Shown: positions 1-41,754 of the stretch, in pieces
Layout: every line of letters starts with the position of its first letter
Position numbering within the stretch: position 1 is the first letter of the stretch
Source of the DNA: Prorocentrum cordatum
Taxonomy: Eukaryota
Assembly (NCBI GenBank): GCA_963575745.1
Contig: CAUYUJ010000309.1
Span: forward strand, 62,001 to 115,549
DNA length: 53,549 nucleotides
Reading direction: 5' to 3'
Translations under genes and position numbers: made by a program
The notes under the pieces: generated by a model
What the model saw: only the letters and a program-made list of their open reading frames with translations
The model's database searches: none
What the model was told of the DNA's origin: nothing

Positions 1-49
1 GAGGATGCTTGGGACAAGATGTGATCACCTCGAACCAAAGTGTCTGCGG

Positions 50-1530
50 AAAGGGCCTTCTTGCGGCCCTCTTGGGCTGTCTCGGGACCCTCTTGGGCCG
101 TCTTGGGGGACTTGGGCCGTCTTGGGGCCCTCTTGGGGCGCTCTTGGGCCCTCTTGGGGGCCTCCTGTGGCCCTCTTTGGGGCTCTCTTGGGAACCTTTC
201 GGGACCCCCTGGGGCCCCTCTTGGGCCGTCTTGGGGCTCTCTTGGGCCGTCTTGGAGCATTTGGGGCCGTCTTGGGGCCCTCTTGGGGGCCTCTTGTGCC
301 GTCTTGGGGCGGTCTTGGGGGGCCTCTCGGATCTAGGACCGGGCCGCTTTGGCCGTCTTGAAACCATCTTCGGCCGTTTTTGAACGCTCTTGGACCGTGT
401 TGGGGTCCTCCTGGGCATCCCTGAGGCCGTCCTGGAGGTTCCTGCAGCCGTCTTGGGAGCCTCTTGGGCCGTCTTGGCGCTCTTGGGGCTGGCTTGGGCC
501 GTCTGGGGCCGAACATAGCCGAACGTTGGGGCCATGGGATCTGGGGCGGGTCCTGCCCACCCCCATCACACCACCCCTTGTCAGTTCCCCCAACTGACGG
601 ATTACGACGCTACGCGCGCCGTCCGTCATCTGAGGCCGCCGACGCCAACCCCCTCACACTCCCCCGTATGAGTCCCCGGGCTACGGATCGCGACGCTGCG
701 CGCGCTTTCCGTTATCCGCCGCCCCCTCGTGATCACAGGGGTGCCCAGCGTGCTGAACGTCTGATGGTTTCTGGTTCTTTGAGACCTCCCCCTGAGGCTT
801 CGGCCCAGAACGCTGGCCACCCTGAAAGCCGCCGAAACTTTATCTCTCGTGGGTCGAATCGCCTCCCAGACAGCCCGGATGGCTCAAGATGGCCTCGAAG
901 ATGCTTCCAAGACAAGACGCCTACATGACGGCCAAGACGGCACCAAGAGAGCACCAAATGGCCCCACGATGCACCCAAGACGGCCCAAGATGGTCCAAGA
1001 GAGCCCAAGACGGCCCAGGAAACGCGCAAGAGGCCCCTAAGACGGCCCAAGAGGCCTCCAAGAGGTCCTCCAGGAAGGCCAGAAGAGGCCAAAATCATTG
1101 ATCTCCCTGAGATGTTTGAAAAAATTTGGCATTTTCTTCAAAACGGCCTCCCGACAGCCCAAGACGGCCCAAGAGACCCCCAAGATTGCGCCAAGATCGC
1201 CCAAGAGGCCTCAAAGATGGCCCCAAGACGGCTCAAGAGGCACTCAAGATGGCCCCCAAAGGGCCCCAAGACGGCCCAAGAGGCCTCCAAGACGCCCAGG
1301 ATGGCCTTCAAGACGGCCCCGAAGCGCCACAAGAGGGTCCCAAAACAGTCCAAAGAGGCTCCCAAGAAGACTTCCGACGGCGTCAGACGGGCCAGGAACG
1401 CCGTAAGACGGCCAAAGAGGCCCTGTAGAAGCCCCCAAATGTCCCCAAGAGGCCCAAGGAGGCCCCTAAGAGGCCCCCAGGAAGTTCTCAGGAGTCCCCA
1501 AGAATGACCCCAGAAGCTCCCAAGAGGTCT
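50..1530. repeat. Degenerate ~11-bp satellite (GGCCCCAAGA family) in two opposite orientations
   Basis: TCTTGGGGCC-like units at ~50-510 and GGCCCAAGA-like units at ~880-1530. Confidence 0.9.
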
Positions 1531-1935
1531 CCTAATCCGTATCCTTATCCTCCTTTTTTCCTCCCTCTCATCATCCTCTTCCTGCCCCACGTGTCCCCCG
1601 AAGGGCTTCCACAACAGCTGGGGGAACGGATGGTACAATAGCGTGGCCACGCTTTGCCTGAACATTTGGCCAGAGGCGCATTTCAAAGAGGCAGGGGGCG
1701 GCCTTGACTCGCGTAATTAGGCGTCTTCGATAGTGTGAGATTACTGTGCTACGGAATTACATGTATGATTGGACACGGGATATGTTGCGACAGGGCCTTC
1801 GCGGAAAACGCTGCCGCTCAGCACGTCAACTTCCAGACGTGGATCTGGCGCGTGAGCGCCAGATCCACCGACACATCGCCGATAGATCGGCGATGGGCCC
1901 CCGATGGCGAATCCGCATGGTCCTGGGCGGGGTTA

Positions 1936-2130
1936 GGGGAGCGAAGAATGACATGAACATAAAAACTCGGAGGTCCGCGCGGATTTCTCGGATCCGCGCT
2001 GGACCCCCCTCCCTGGCGCGCGGAGCGCGCCAGGGGCGGCGCCGGAGACGCCCCCAGGGGGGTCCAGCGCGGATCTGAGAAATCCGCGCGGACCTCCGAG
2101 TTTTTATGTTTATGTCATTCTTCGTTCCCC
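1936..2130. mobile_element. MITE-like foldback element, 195 bp, ~75-bp terminal inverted repeats (TIRs), flanked by TA
   Basis: GGGGAGCGAAGAATGACATGAACATAAAAACTCGGAGGTCC... is matched by its near-perfect reverse complement ending at 2130. TA occurs at 1934-1935 and 2131-2132. Confidence 0.85.
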
Positions 2131-2189
2131 TAGGGGTGGGCTATCGGGCCCCTGGGGCGATGAATGGGCGATTGGAGGTCGATGCATCC

Positions 2190-4290
2190 CCCCCTGAGCC
2201 TATCTCCCCCTGACGTTAGGTCAGGCGTGTCCCCCCTACAGGCGGATTTTGGACGAAAGCGAAAAAATAATCAAAAAAAAATCGAAAATAGCCAAACATA
2301 GTCGAAAATCGTCCGCATTAAAAAATGTGTTCATGTTTTTGTTTTGAAATTCGTCCTGTAAAAGTATCACGTCCGACTTAACCCTGAGCCTATCTCCCCC
2401 TGACGTTCAGGAGGAAAATTCCACAGTTGTCAGAACATATTCTAGTAGGGACGATGTTTCGAGTGATTTTGGCGATTCTTGGGATACTTGATGATTATTT
2501 TTTGTTTTTCATTCAAAATCCGCCTGTAGGGGGACACGCCCGACTTAACCCTGAGCCTGTCTCCCCCTGACGTTAGGTCGGGCGTGTCCCTCTACAGGCG
2601 GATTTTGGACGAAAACCAAAAAATAGTAACAAATATTCCACAGATAGCCAAAAATAGTCGAAAATTCGTCCCTACTAGAATATGGTGTGACTGTTTTGGA
2701 ATATTCCTCCTGTAGAGGGACACGCCCGACTTAACCCTGAGTCTATCTTTAGGTCGGGCATGTCCCCCTACAGGCGGATTTCGAACGAAGAATAAAAAGT
2801 ATTCAAAAACTACCCCAAAGTTATCATACAAATTATCGAAAAATTGTCCCAGACTATTTCTTGACTATTTTATAGCCCCCCTGTAGAGGGACAAGCTCGA
2901 CTTCAGCCTGAGCCTATCTAGAGGCCTCCTAGATGGGGTCCGAGTAGATGGGGGCGGAGGATCGCGCCGCATCGCCGATACATCGGCGATGCATCGCCAA
3001 TGCATCGCCGATACACCGGCGATGCATCGTCGACGTCGGCGACGTACCGGCGACGTCGACGTGAAGCAAATCGGGATCCACATCGAGCCGAATCGGCGAT
3101 GCATCGGCGATGCGGCGCGATCCTCCGGCCCCGTCTGCTCCGACCCCGTCTGGGAGGCCTGGACTATCTCCCCCTGACGTCACCCCTGAGGGCCGCTGGG
3201 ACCTCGACCGGCCCTCCTCCGAGCCCCCGTGCCAATCCAAAACCGGCCGGGGATCTTCTGACCCGGGCCAATCCAAAACCGGGTCAGCAGGAAACCAAAA
3301 AACTGCAATGCGGGAAACAAAAACTGCAACGCAAGTCTTCGCAAACCCGGGTCAGCCAATGTGCGCGGCCGCCTCGCGGCCACGAGCAGCTCGCTGACCC
3401 GGGGCAGCCAGAGGGGGTCTTCGCAGGATCCTGCAAGAGCTGCTGCCCTGGGTGACCCCCGCTTGCGCGGACCCCCGTCTCTTGAGCCCCTCTGGAGGCC
3501 CCGCCTCCCTGCGCCCTGTCTCCCGGACTGAAGCTGCGCGTAGCCCGCCTGGCTTCTAGCGGAAGAGGCTCGCTCTCGCTGACTACCTACCAGACCACCC
3601 CAACCCAATCCGAAGACCCGAATTTCGGGTTGGGGGGGGGGGCAAGGGCTCCACACGTATTCTTTCGATGCTTCCCGACCCCCCCCCCCCACTGGAAATC
3701 GAGGGTAAATTGGAGCCCTCGGGTTGGGTTGGGGTGGCTTGGTGGGTGGTGACTCGCCCCGCCGATCCAAAAGCCTCCTGAGCCCCGGCTCTCGGGGGGG
3801 GGGCCCTCCGCAGCCGGCCCCCCGGGCCGCTCCTGCGCCTCGGGCGCCCCCCCCCCCTGGCGGGCCGCGGCCCTGGCACGGGGCACGAGCGCGCCGCGGG
3901 GGAGCGAGCGAGCTGCGGCGCGCCGGGGCTCTCGGGAGGCCCAGGGTCCCCGACGCCGCGGTCTCGTCGCGGCGTCGACGCCCAGGGGCCCGAACCCCTT
4001 CCCCTAGGAATAAAAAGTATTCAAAAACTACCCCAAAATTATCATAAAATAATCGAAAAATTGTCCCCAGACTATTTCTTGACTATCTTATAGCCCCCCT
4101 GTAGAGGGACAAGCTCGACTTCAGCCTGAGCCTATCTAGAGGCCTCCTAGATGGGGTCCGAGTAGATGGGGTCGGAGGATCGCGCCGCATCGCCAGTGCA
4201 TCGCCGATCTATCGGCGATGCATAGGGCGATGCTGCGCGATCCTCCGACCCCATCTACTCGGGCCCCACCCAGGAGGCCCAGAGTCTCGC
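2190..4290. repeat. Cluster of palindromic repeats (CCTGTAGRGGGACACGCCCGAC family) with a ~190-bp direct repeat
   Basis: Hairpin units at ~2515-2606 and 2708-2780; 2790-2978 is repeated at 4008-4195; foldbacks at ~2920-3160 and 4138-4280; a related half-copy lies at ~12780-12825. Confidence 0.8.
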
Positions 4291-5577
4291 ATCCACAGGC
4301 ACCATCGCGTCGCAAAGACAAATCAGGACGGCAAATGTTTCACTGCTTGCGACCCTCGGGGGCCCTCGCCCGGCCCCGGGACCGCGAAGAAACGACTCGG
4401 AACGGAAAAACCGGTCCCGGGGGAAGGGTCGGGACTTCCAGGGACGCCGTCCTGGAAAAATCAGGGCGTCGCATGTCTGGGGCCTGAACCCCTTCCCCGG
4501 GAAGTGTTTTTTTTTTTACGACGACATGGGAGCCAATGTGTTCACGCGGTGTGCGAGTGTACTGCTGGACGCTACCACGAGTGAGGTATGTCGGCCATAC
4601 TACCCGATACTCCGAAGGCGTTGGGCTGCACCGTCGATCACCCCTGGAATATATACAGCCTGAGCTCGTCGGTGCAGGGCCTCCGATTGGATGGCTGCCT
4701 CGTGCCTGAATCCTCCTTTGACGGTCCCGAGGTTCCGGGAAGGCCCCCCGCAGGCCCAAAATAGCGGAAAACTTCCCGTCGTGTCTGGCGACGCTGGGGG
4801 CGAGGTGGCGGCGCACACGCGAGCGCCTGCTGCAGCGTGGCGTCGTGCACGGCCTGCTGCTCCTTCACCTCTGCCGGCGCAGGGGCGCGAGCGCGAGCGC
4901 ACAGCTGCCCCCCATCGCGCCCACACCTCCCTTCCCTCCGTTCCTTCGCTTGCAAGAAATGCGCTTGCAGTGGCCCCACGTGCACTTGCCACTCTGCTTG
5001 ACACTGCGTGGCGGCAACTCACCAATCTTCAAAGGGGGAGCTGTCACCTGCTACCGTTTAGACACATTTCGATATACAAAATGATGCCTGCACGATCCTA
5101 GCAGTGATGACTCGGACACGAACAACGAAAGAGGCCCTTATTCACGTCGCGTTCGACCACTGCGGGCGTTAACGAACATATCCAAGAGCCGTCTCCGCAC
5201 GATCGCGGCCCCCGAACCCCCCCATCTCCTCCTCCTACAGTCGGACCTAGGCCAGAAGAACGTCCTTCAAGAACATGGGGCCCTGGGCCAGCCAAAATGA
5301 GGAACATTCGAGGGCACCCTCCCCCCTGATGCACAAGAACGTCCAACAAGCACGAAGAACATGAGGGTGCCCTCCCCGAGCCGACCTCGATCATCATCCT
5401 GAGGAGGCGGAGGAGGAGGAGGCGGCGGAGGAGGAGGCGGAGGAAACCGCCGGCTTTGCGTGTCGCGCCGCCCGCCTGCTCCCTGCTCCTCCCGCTCTCG
5501 CGCTTCACGCCGGGCCCCCAGGGCCTTCAGGCCGCCCGCGCGCGCCTCGCCCGCCGACTTTCGGCGGACGCGCCTGC

Positions 5578-35699
<30,122 letters not shown>

Positions 35700-37120
35700 C
35701 TGGCTTGCGTGAAGTCCAGATTCCCTTCCGGGCCTTGCCACGCCCCCCCCCACTCTCCCCTCCGCGCAAGTAAGCAAGGGCGCCCAACTTCGCGCTTCGC
35801 GCTGGGCGCAGCGCGGCGCAGCACCAAACGCGAATAACTTCGCGCTCTCGCGCCGAACCCAAGGGAGAAGAGGAGGATGAGGAAGAATCGGAGCCGAACC
35901 GCGAAGCGCGAAGCCCGAATAACTCCGCCTCCCCTGCCTGGGCGGGGAGGGAGGGGGAGCCCGGGGGGAAGAGGAGTCAGATACGGCGGCCTCCCTGGAG
36001 CGACACCAGACAGCGGAATTGATCAGCGCCGTGATTGAATCGAGGGGAAGCCCCTTCCTTTGACCCCTCCCCGGCCGAGGGGGGCGGTCCAGGAGGGGTC
36101 CGGGGGGAGGAGTCCCGGGGGGGGGGGGGTCAGATACGACGGCCCTGGCCCCGGCACTGGGGTCCCAAGAGGGGGCCCTGGGGTCCTGGGGGAGGTCCCG
36201 CCTTCAGGATCGGCGGCACCGGCCGCAATGCCTTCACCACAGCTTCGCGCCCCCGAAGGCGCCCCCACGTGCAAGAATCTGAGGCAGAACGGCCTCCGGT
36301 CCCCGAAGGCATCCGCGGAGGCCCCCCTGTCGAGAGCCCTGGGGGGCCCAAGAGAGTCGGGGCCCGCAGCACCCACGCAGGCCTCGATCCCAGAACCCCC
36401 AGCCTCGAACCTTCTCCCGCCGCACATCCTGCAGGCAGCGTCGAGGCTCGGGGATCGATTATCGAGGCCGCCTCTCGAGGCTCAAGGCTCGGGAATATCG
36501 GGGACATCTCGAGGCTCGAGGCTCTCGAGGCTCTCCGCACTCGAGGCCGCCCCGCGAAGCTCGAGAGGCTCGTGGCTCTCGAGGCTCTCGGGGCGCACCC
36601 CGCTGCTGGCGCCCGAAGGCGCGCCCCAAGCGGTCGCCGGTGTCCGCCCTTGTGCGGCGTGAGGCCCCCTATCGCGCCCAATGCCCTCGGCGCGGCGTCG
36701 CGCCCGTCATGGTGGGCCGACTTTCTGCCACCACTACCATAGGTAGGAGGAGGAGGAGGAGGAGGAGGAGGAGGAGGAGGAGGAGGAGGAGGACAAGGAG
36801 CAGGAGGTGGAGGTGGAGGTGGAGGAGGACGAGGAGGAGGAGGAGGGAGGTGGAGGAGGAGGAGGTGGACGAGGTGGAGGAGGAGGAGGAGGAGGAGGAG
36901 GAGAAGGGCCTCCCCATCCTCCATTCTCCCCCGTCCTACCTATTGCAGCGGTGATGGAAAATTGGCCCAACATGTCACGCTCTCGAGCACGCTCGACGGC
37001 CTGAGGCCCGAGGGCAGAGGCTCGAGGCCCGAGACCCGAGAACCGAGGCTCGAGGACCGAGGCTCGAGGCCTCGAGGCCCGAGGCCCGAGACGAGGCTCG
37101 AGGGCAGCGGCCTGGAGTGG

Positions 37121-37135
37121 TTTGAGCCAAGATGG
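37121..37135 (-). other. Possible degenerate SL relic
   Basis: CCATCTTGGCTCAAA matches the relic at 13/15 positions and lies ~150 bp upstream of an ATG at 36973. Confidence 0.5.
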
Positions 37136-37348
37136 TGTCCTGAAGGAGGAGGAGGAGGAGGAGGAGGAGGAGGAAGAAGACGACGAAGAGGACATTGAGG
37201 AGAGAGAGGAGAGGAGGAGGAGGAGAGAGGAGGAGGAGGAGGAGAGGAGGAGGAGAGGGAGGAGGAGGAGGGAGGAGGAGGAGGAAGAGGAGGAGGAGGA
37301 GGAGGAGGAGGAGGAGGAGGGAAGAAGGAGGAGTTCAGAGTTCGGAGT

Positions 37349-40300
37349 TCAAGGGGGACCCTGTCCCTCGTCAGCAGCAGCCGCAGCAAGGCCCGCAGGG
37401 GTGTCTACCCTGACGGAGTTCGCCGACCTCGGCGTCCTGTACGAGGGGTGCTTCCCCTTCGCAATCCTCGCTAGGTTCTCATGCCCCTTGCGACTGCGGA
37501 TCGGGGGGCAAGCCACCATCAAATGCCGAGGGTCGGTAGTGGCCGTGAGGCCACACTTGACACAGAAACAAAGATTATGGAGGTCCCACGCCCAGATCTG
37601 GTGGCTGGGGTGGGCAGAAACGGAACCGAGCCAGGCGGGACCAACGATTTCGCGGACCACGACCCCCGAGGCGGTGGGAAAACTTGTTTTCCCAAGGGGG
37701 GGCCCAGGACACACTCTCGCCGCGGCAGAAAGCAAAGAGGTGGAGGTGACAAATTCCCTACACCTCGCGCAAACCCAACGTTGGCCCTCTCTCACAAAAT
37801 GATGAGTGGACTGGCTGAGGGCTCGGTCCCTCCTAGAAATACGCAGCATACGTTGACAGTCACCCCCCGCCCACTCGCCCTCCCAACCATCGATGTCGAT
37901 CGTATCGAGCAGACTCCTTCTGAGCCTAGCACGTATCAGAGTCGTCTCCGCATCTATGCGATCGACGGCGTGCAGATCCCAGCCTGGAGGGACGGAGAGG
38001 GAGAGTCCTCTCGCCGCGGCTTGGCTGGCCAGCGCGTCCGCGGCCGCATTGCCGACAGCCGCGAAGGCCTCTTCCCAGGTCCTGAACCGCTCTGGGTCCT
38101 GTTCCAAATGAGACGCCGTCCAGGCCATGAGAATTGGAGTGGACCTGCGGCTGGCGAGGGCACGGATCTTTTTCCACAAATATGAATTCTGTTCATTGGG
38201 GGCAGGTCGGTAGCATCTCCCGCGCATCCAAGCAAGGAACAAGGTTAAATGATCGGTGACATACTGGAACGGCATCGGAAGGAGCTCCAACGCCAGGATG
38301 AACGCACGTAGCTCAGCCCTAGGAACCGTCTGTCTGCGTCCAGACAACGGCAAAGAGGCTCCCCAAATCGGGATCCAACTGGCGGGGCTGCAGGGGCTCT
38401 GATCAAGCGCCACAATAGCGGAGCCACAACGCCTACGCCCAGGATCACTGCTGCACAGGCCTCCTGAGCCATCCCCAAAGATCTTGAGGTAGTTGTCAGG
38501 GGCCCTGAGGAGCTCGCTGTGATCACCGAACGTGTAGAAGCCCTTGTCCAAGACGTCCCTTTCATCAAAAGGAGGCCTCGTAAGGGTGCTTGCGGGGACC
38601 CCTCCGAGCCAGCACGAGGGTTCGGCCTCATGGGAAACCGCAGCTCGAGGAATGAGGCTCTGGGATCTCACGAAATCTTCATGGCCTTGATGTTTGCTCG
38701 CAACCCCAAGCACGGTGATAAGCCGTCTCGGGCTCTTTCCCACAACGCCTCCACAATCTCGAACAAGAATAACCAGCAGCAATGTGTCGTTATCTGGGCC
38801 ACTGGCCGCCCGTGGCCACCGTGATAGTGGCTGCCCACAGGTCGGTCTCTGCCTGCTGCTCGAAACGATGCAACTCTCTCGTGACGCCATTGAGGTCGGA
38901 AGAGTCCACATGGTTTGCTGCCAGAGCCCACAGCTGTGCCTTGCGATCCTGAATGAAGTCGCCCACTAACTCCATGGCGTCGGCCGCCTTGAAGTTCTCA
39001 GAGCCATACTGTGGGAAGGTCCACGTATCCGAGCCGTTGTCCGTTGGTCTCTCCCAGGCCTCAGGAGAGTGCGGTATCCACTTTGTCTGGTGGAGGGTAG
39101 CGATGACTGCACCAATAGGCCCTCGTACTCGGTTCCAGGAGACTTTCTGGTTGTGGAGTACTTTCTGTTATATGACGGGCCAAGCAAGGCGTATAGCTGG
39201 GTGGAGCTCGGGATGGCAAAACCAAATCTCAAACCAGGTCATGATCAAACTGACTGGGAGCTGAATGGCGGGGTCCCGATCCTGCAGGGTACATGCCAAC
39301 GTCGACGTGAGGCATCGTCCCTTCTTGATCCCAGCAATGGCGCTGCTGGCCTGCCGTCTGAGGGCCAGGACCATGGATGGTGGCACTCCTGCCGCCTGGT
39401 GGCCGTCCGCCGCCTGTGGCAGAGCACCTGTCGACCACAGCCCTGATGCCTCTGAGTGGACCTTCGTGTCCAACTGTCGCAAGCGAAGGATGCGGCCATA
39501 CCGCCGTCGGGCCTTGTCTCTGCGGGTAGTCGTTTTCTCGGCAGACCTGCGCCTGCCTGCTGTCGTGTCGAGACCAAGGTCGGTGGCCTGATTAGCATAC
39601 GATATGGGAAGACCATGGCCCGACAACACCCTGGCGATGCGCTTCCCAAATGTCCTGCTTGAGGCAATGATCACGGACTTGTCGGATAGTACCGGTACTG
39701 CCGAAATTGCTGAGCAAGCTCGAGGCCCTCCTGAATCGTTGCTTGGCATACAACCTGCTCTGAGCTGTCCTCCACTCTGGCTGATGTGTCGTCGACGTAG
39801 GTGCAGAGCACTGGGATAGGCCTGATCTTGTGCACGTGCTCCAAAATCGGATGGAGGAACAGCTGTGCTAAGTTAACGCCTCTCGGACTGCCAGCGACAA
39901 GAGATCTCGTGACCATGATACGAGGGCTGATCCATGATTTTGCCCTGGGGTAACGAGGGGCCAAACATGTTCGCACCAACATGACCGCTACGATCATGAG
40001 CCTGAGGAGTGACATGCAACGATGATGGCCTTGAGCTTCACGCAAGTCAGCTTCGGTCCCTGGGCCGTCAAGTGGGATGAACTCCTCCGCGGGTGCCTTC
40101 GTCGTACTATCACGAGGTGGGTCAGTCTGTGTGAGCTCTCCCTGGTCGAGATCCTGAAAGGGGCCCCACTCTCCGTCATCCATTCCACCTCCTAGAATAC
40201 AAGCCGCTGGGGCTGCAATCGGAGTACCTGTGGCGCGGCTCTGCTGCACCTCCTGCGATTCCCCCCATGGGGGAGTCTGCCCCGTGGAGTCCAGCACACG

Positions 40301-40626
40301 GTGAGCGCGGCGCCACTGCCCCTCTTCCGAACACTGGTCCTGCGGGGTGCTGCGGGCCCAGGGGGGTCTCCACGATCTCAGGCGCAGTGAAGCTCGCGCC
40401 CGTTGTCCGCGAGGTCGAGGGCTCAACTGGAGGAGAGCGCGCTCGTGAAATCAACTGCGACGTCGACACTGCCCTCGGGGTGGTTAGTCTCCGGCTCGAC
40501 CAAGAAGTACTCGTCAAGCCTGTCGCACCAATGTCTGATGCGACGCCACCTAGCGAATGCCTTGATCCAAAGCAGATTTCTCTTCTCTCCGCTCAGAGTC
40601 GATGACCTTCGGGCTCCAATCGTCGC
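37349..40626 (-). mobile_element. Decayed non-LTR (LINE) retrotransposon with RT, RNase H and C-terminal Cys motifs; 5' part missing at the junction with the YR element
   Basis: RT: GSPRGVNLA, CTYVDD (39788-39799), KSVIIAS, TDLGLD, spread over frameshifted ORFs. RNase H in the 520-aa ORF: IFGDGSGG, QTVPRAEL, YVTDH, GNAAADALA, then CARC and CVKC. A possible endonuclease remnant RLDEYFLV lies near 40495-40520. Confidence 0.85.
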
Positions 40627-41198
40627 CCATTCAGACAGTTAAGTGAGATACGCGTGCACTCAACGGAGGAGGAGGAGGAGAGGAGGGGACGAGAGAGGGA
40701 CCAGGACAGGGCGATGGTATTTTCATGGCAGCGTGGCGACGCGCATCTCCGCCGAGCGTGGGCCCTGGTGGCCCCACGCTCAACGCGAGCGCGTGGGCCC
40801 TGACGGCCCGCGCGCTCGCGCTCTGGCACGCCTGCGGCCGCTCGGCCGACGCAGGCGTCTGGGAGCAAAGCGGGGTGGGTGGGCACCCGCGCGTCGGCCA
40901 GAGCCGAACGCTACGGACCCAAAATGGCTACCTGAGCCCACACCCCCTCCCACTTAACCTGCAGTCTACAACCAATCAGACTATACAAGTTAAGTGAGAT
41001 ACGCGTGCACTCAACGGAGGAGGAGGAGGAGAGGAGGGGACGAGAGAGGGACCAGGACAGGGCGATGGTATTTTCATGGCAGCGTGGCGACGCGCATCTC
41101 CGCCGAGCGTGGGCCCTGGTGGCCCCACGCTCAACGCGAGCGCGTGGGCCCTGACGGCCCGCGCGCTCGCGCTCTGGCACGCCTGCGGCCGCTCGGCC
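40627..41198 (-). repeat. Split direct repeats of the YR element: B1 (40972-41198), A2 (~40855-40971), B2 (40627-40847)
   Basis: 40637-40847 matches 40988-41198 (offset 351). The match extends to CCAwTCAGAC if a 6-bp deletion (TATACA) is allowed in B2. Confidence 0.85.
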
Positions 41199-41511
41199 AC
41201 GAGAAAAGAAAGACGCAGCCGCGCGCGCGGGGGCGCCCCGCCCGAGTGCGAGGGCGGGATCAGAGGCTGCAAGAGCCTCGCGCGCGCGGCCACTTGCCTG
41301 CAACCTTGAGGCCTTCCGCGCCCGCGCACCCAGAGCGCGGGCGCGGCGCGTGCGCGATGCGCGCAAAAGAACCGAAAAGGGTGGCGGCGCACGAGGCGCC
41401 GGGCGCAGAGCGCAAGTGTGGCCCCGACCGCACGGCGCGCAAGACGCGCAGCACGGCCGGGTCCAGGAAGCACGCGACGTGCGCGCAACGTTAAACTCCT
41501 CCAAGAGGGAG

Positions 41512-41660
41512 GATCGCAGGCGCCACCTGCGTACCGTAGGCTAAAAGAAAGAGATCGCAGGCGCCACCTGCGTACCGTAGGCTAAAAGAAACAAGATCGC
41601 AGGCGCCACCTGCGTACCGTAGGCTCAAGGATCGCAGGCGCCACCTGCGCACGGTAGGCT
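41512..41660. repeat. Four tandem 34-43-bp units with an internal hairpin in the element's 3' UTR
   Basis: GATCGCAGGCGCCACCTGCGTACCGTAGGCT occurs four times; CGCAGG/CCTGCG forms a 6-bp stem with a 5-nt loop. Confidence 0.9.
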
Positions 41661-41754
41661 GAGAGGAGGGCCGACTCACTCACAGGCCGCCGCCTTCAGC
41701 CCGCGCCCGCGATGCCGCGGGCGCTGGCGTCGGGGTACGGGGGGGGCTCCACGC

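Noticed and set aside
5..1686. Many overlapping ORFs on both strands
   Set aside because: Products of a GC-rich ~11-bp satellite; no domain content.
40637..41198. LTR pair or assembly duplication
   Set aside because: The repeats are only ~120 bp apart, lack TG...CA ends, differ by indels at their edges, and sit where B1-A2-B2 repeats are expected.
41615..41629. ACCGTAGGCTCAAG resembling an SL with an internal deletion
   Set aside because: It arises from one variant of the local tandem repeat, on the strand opposite the element; probably chance.
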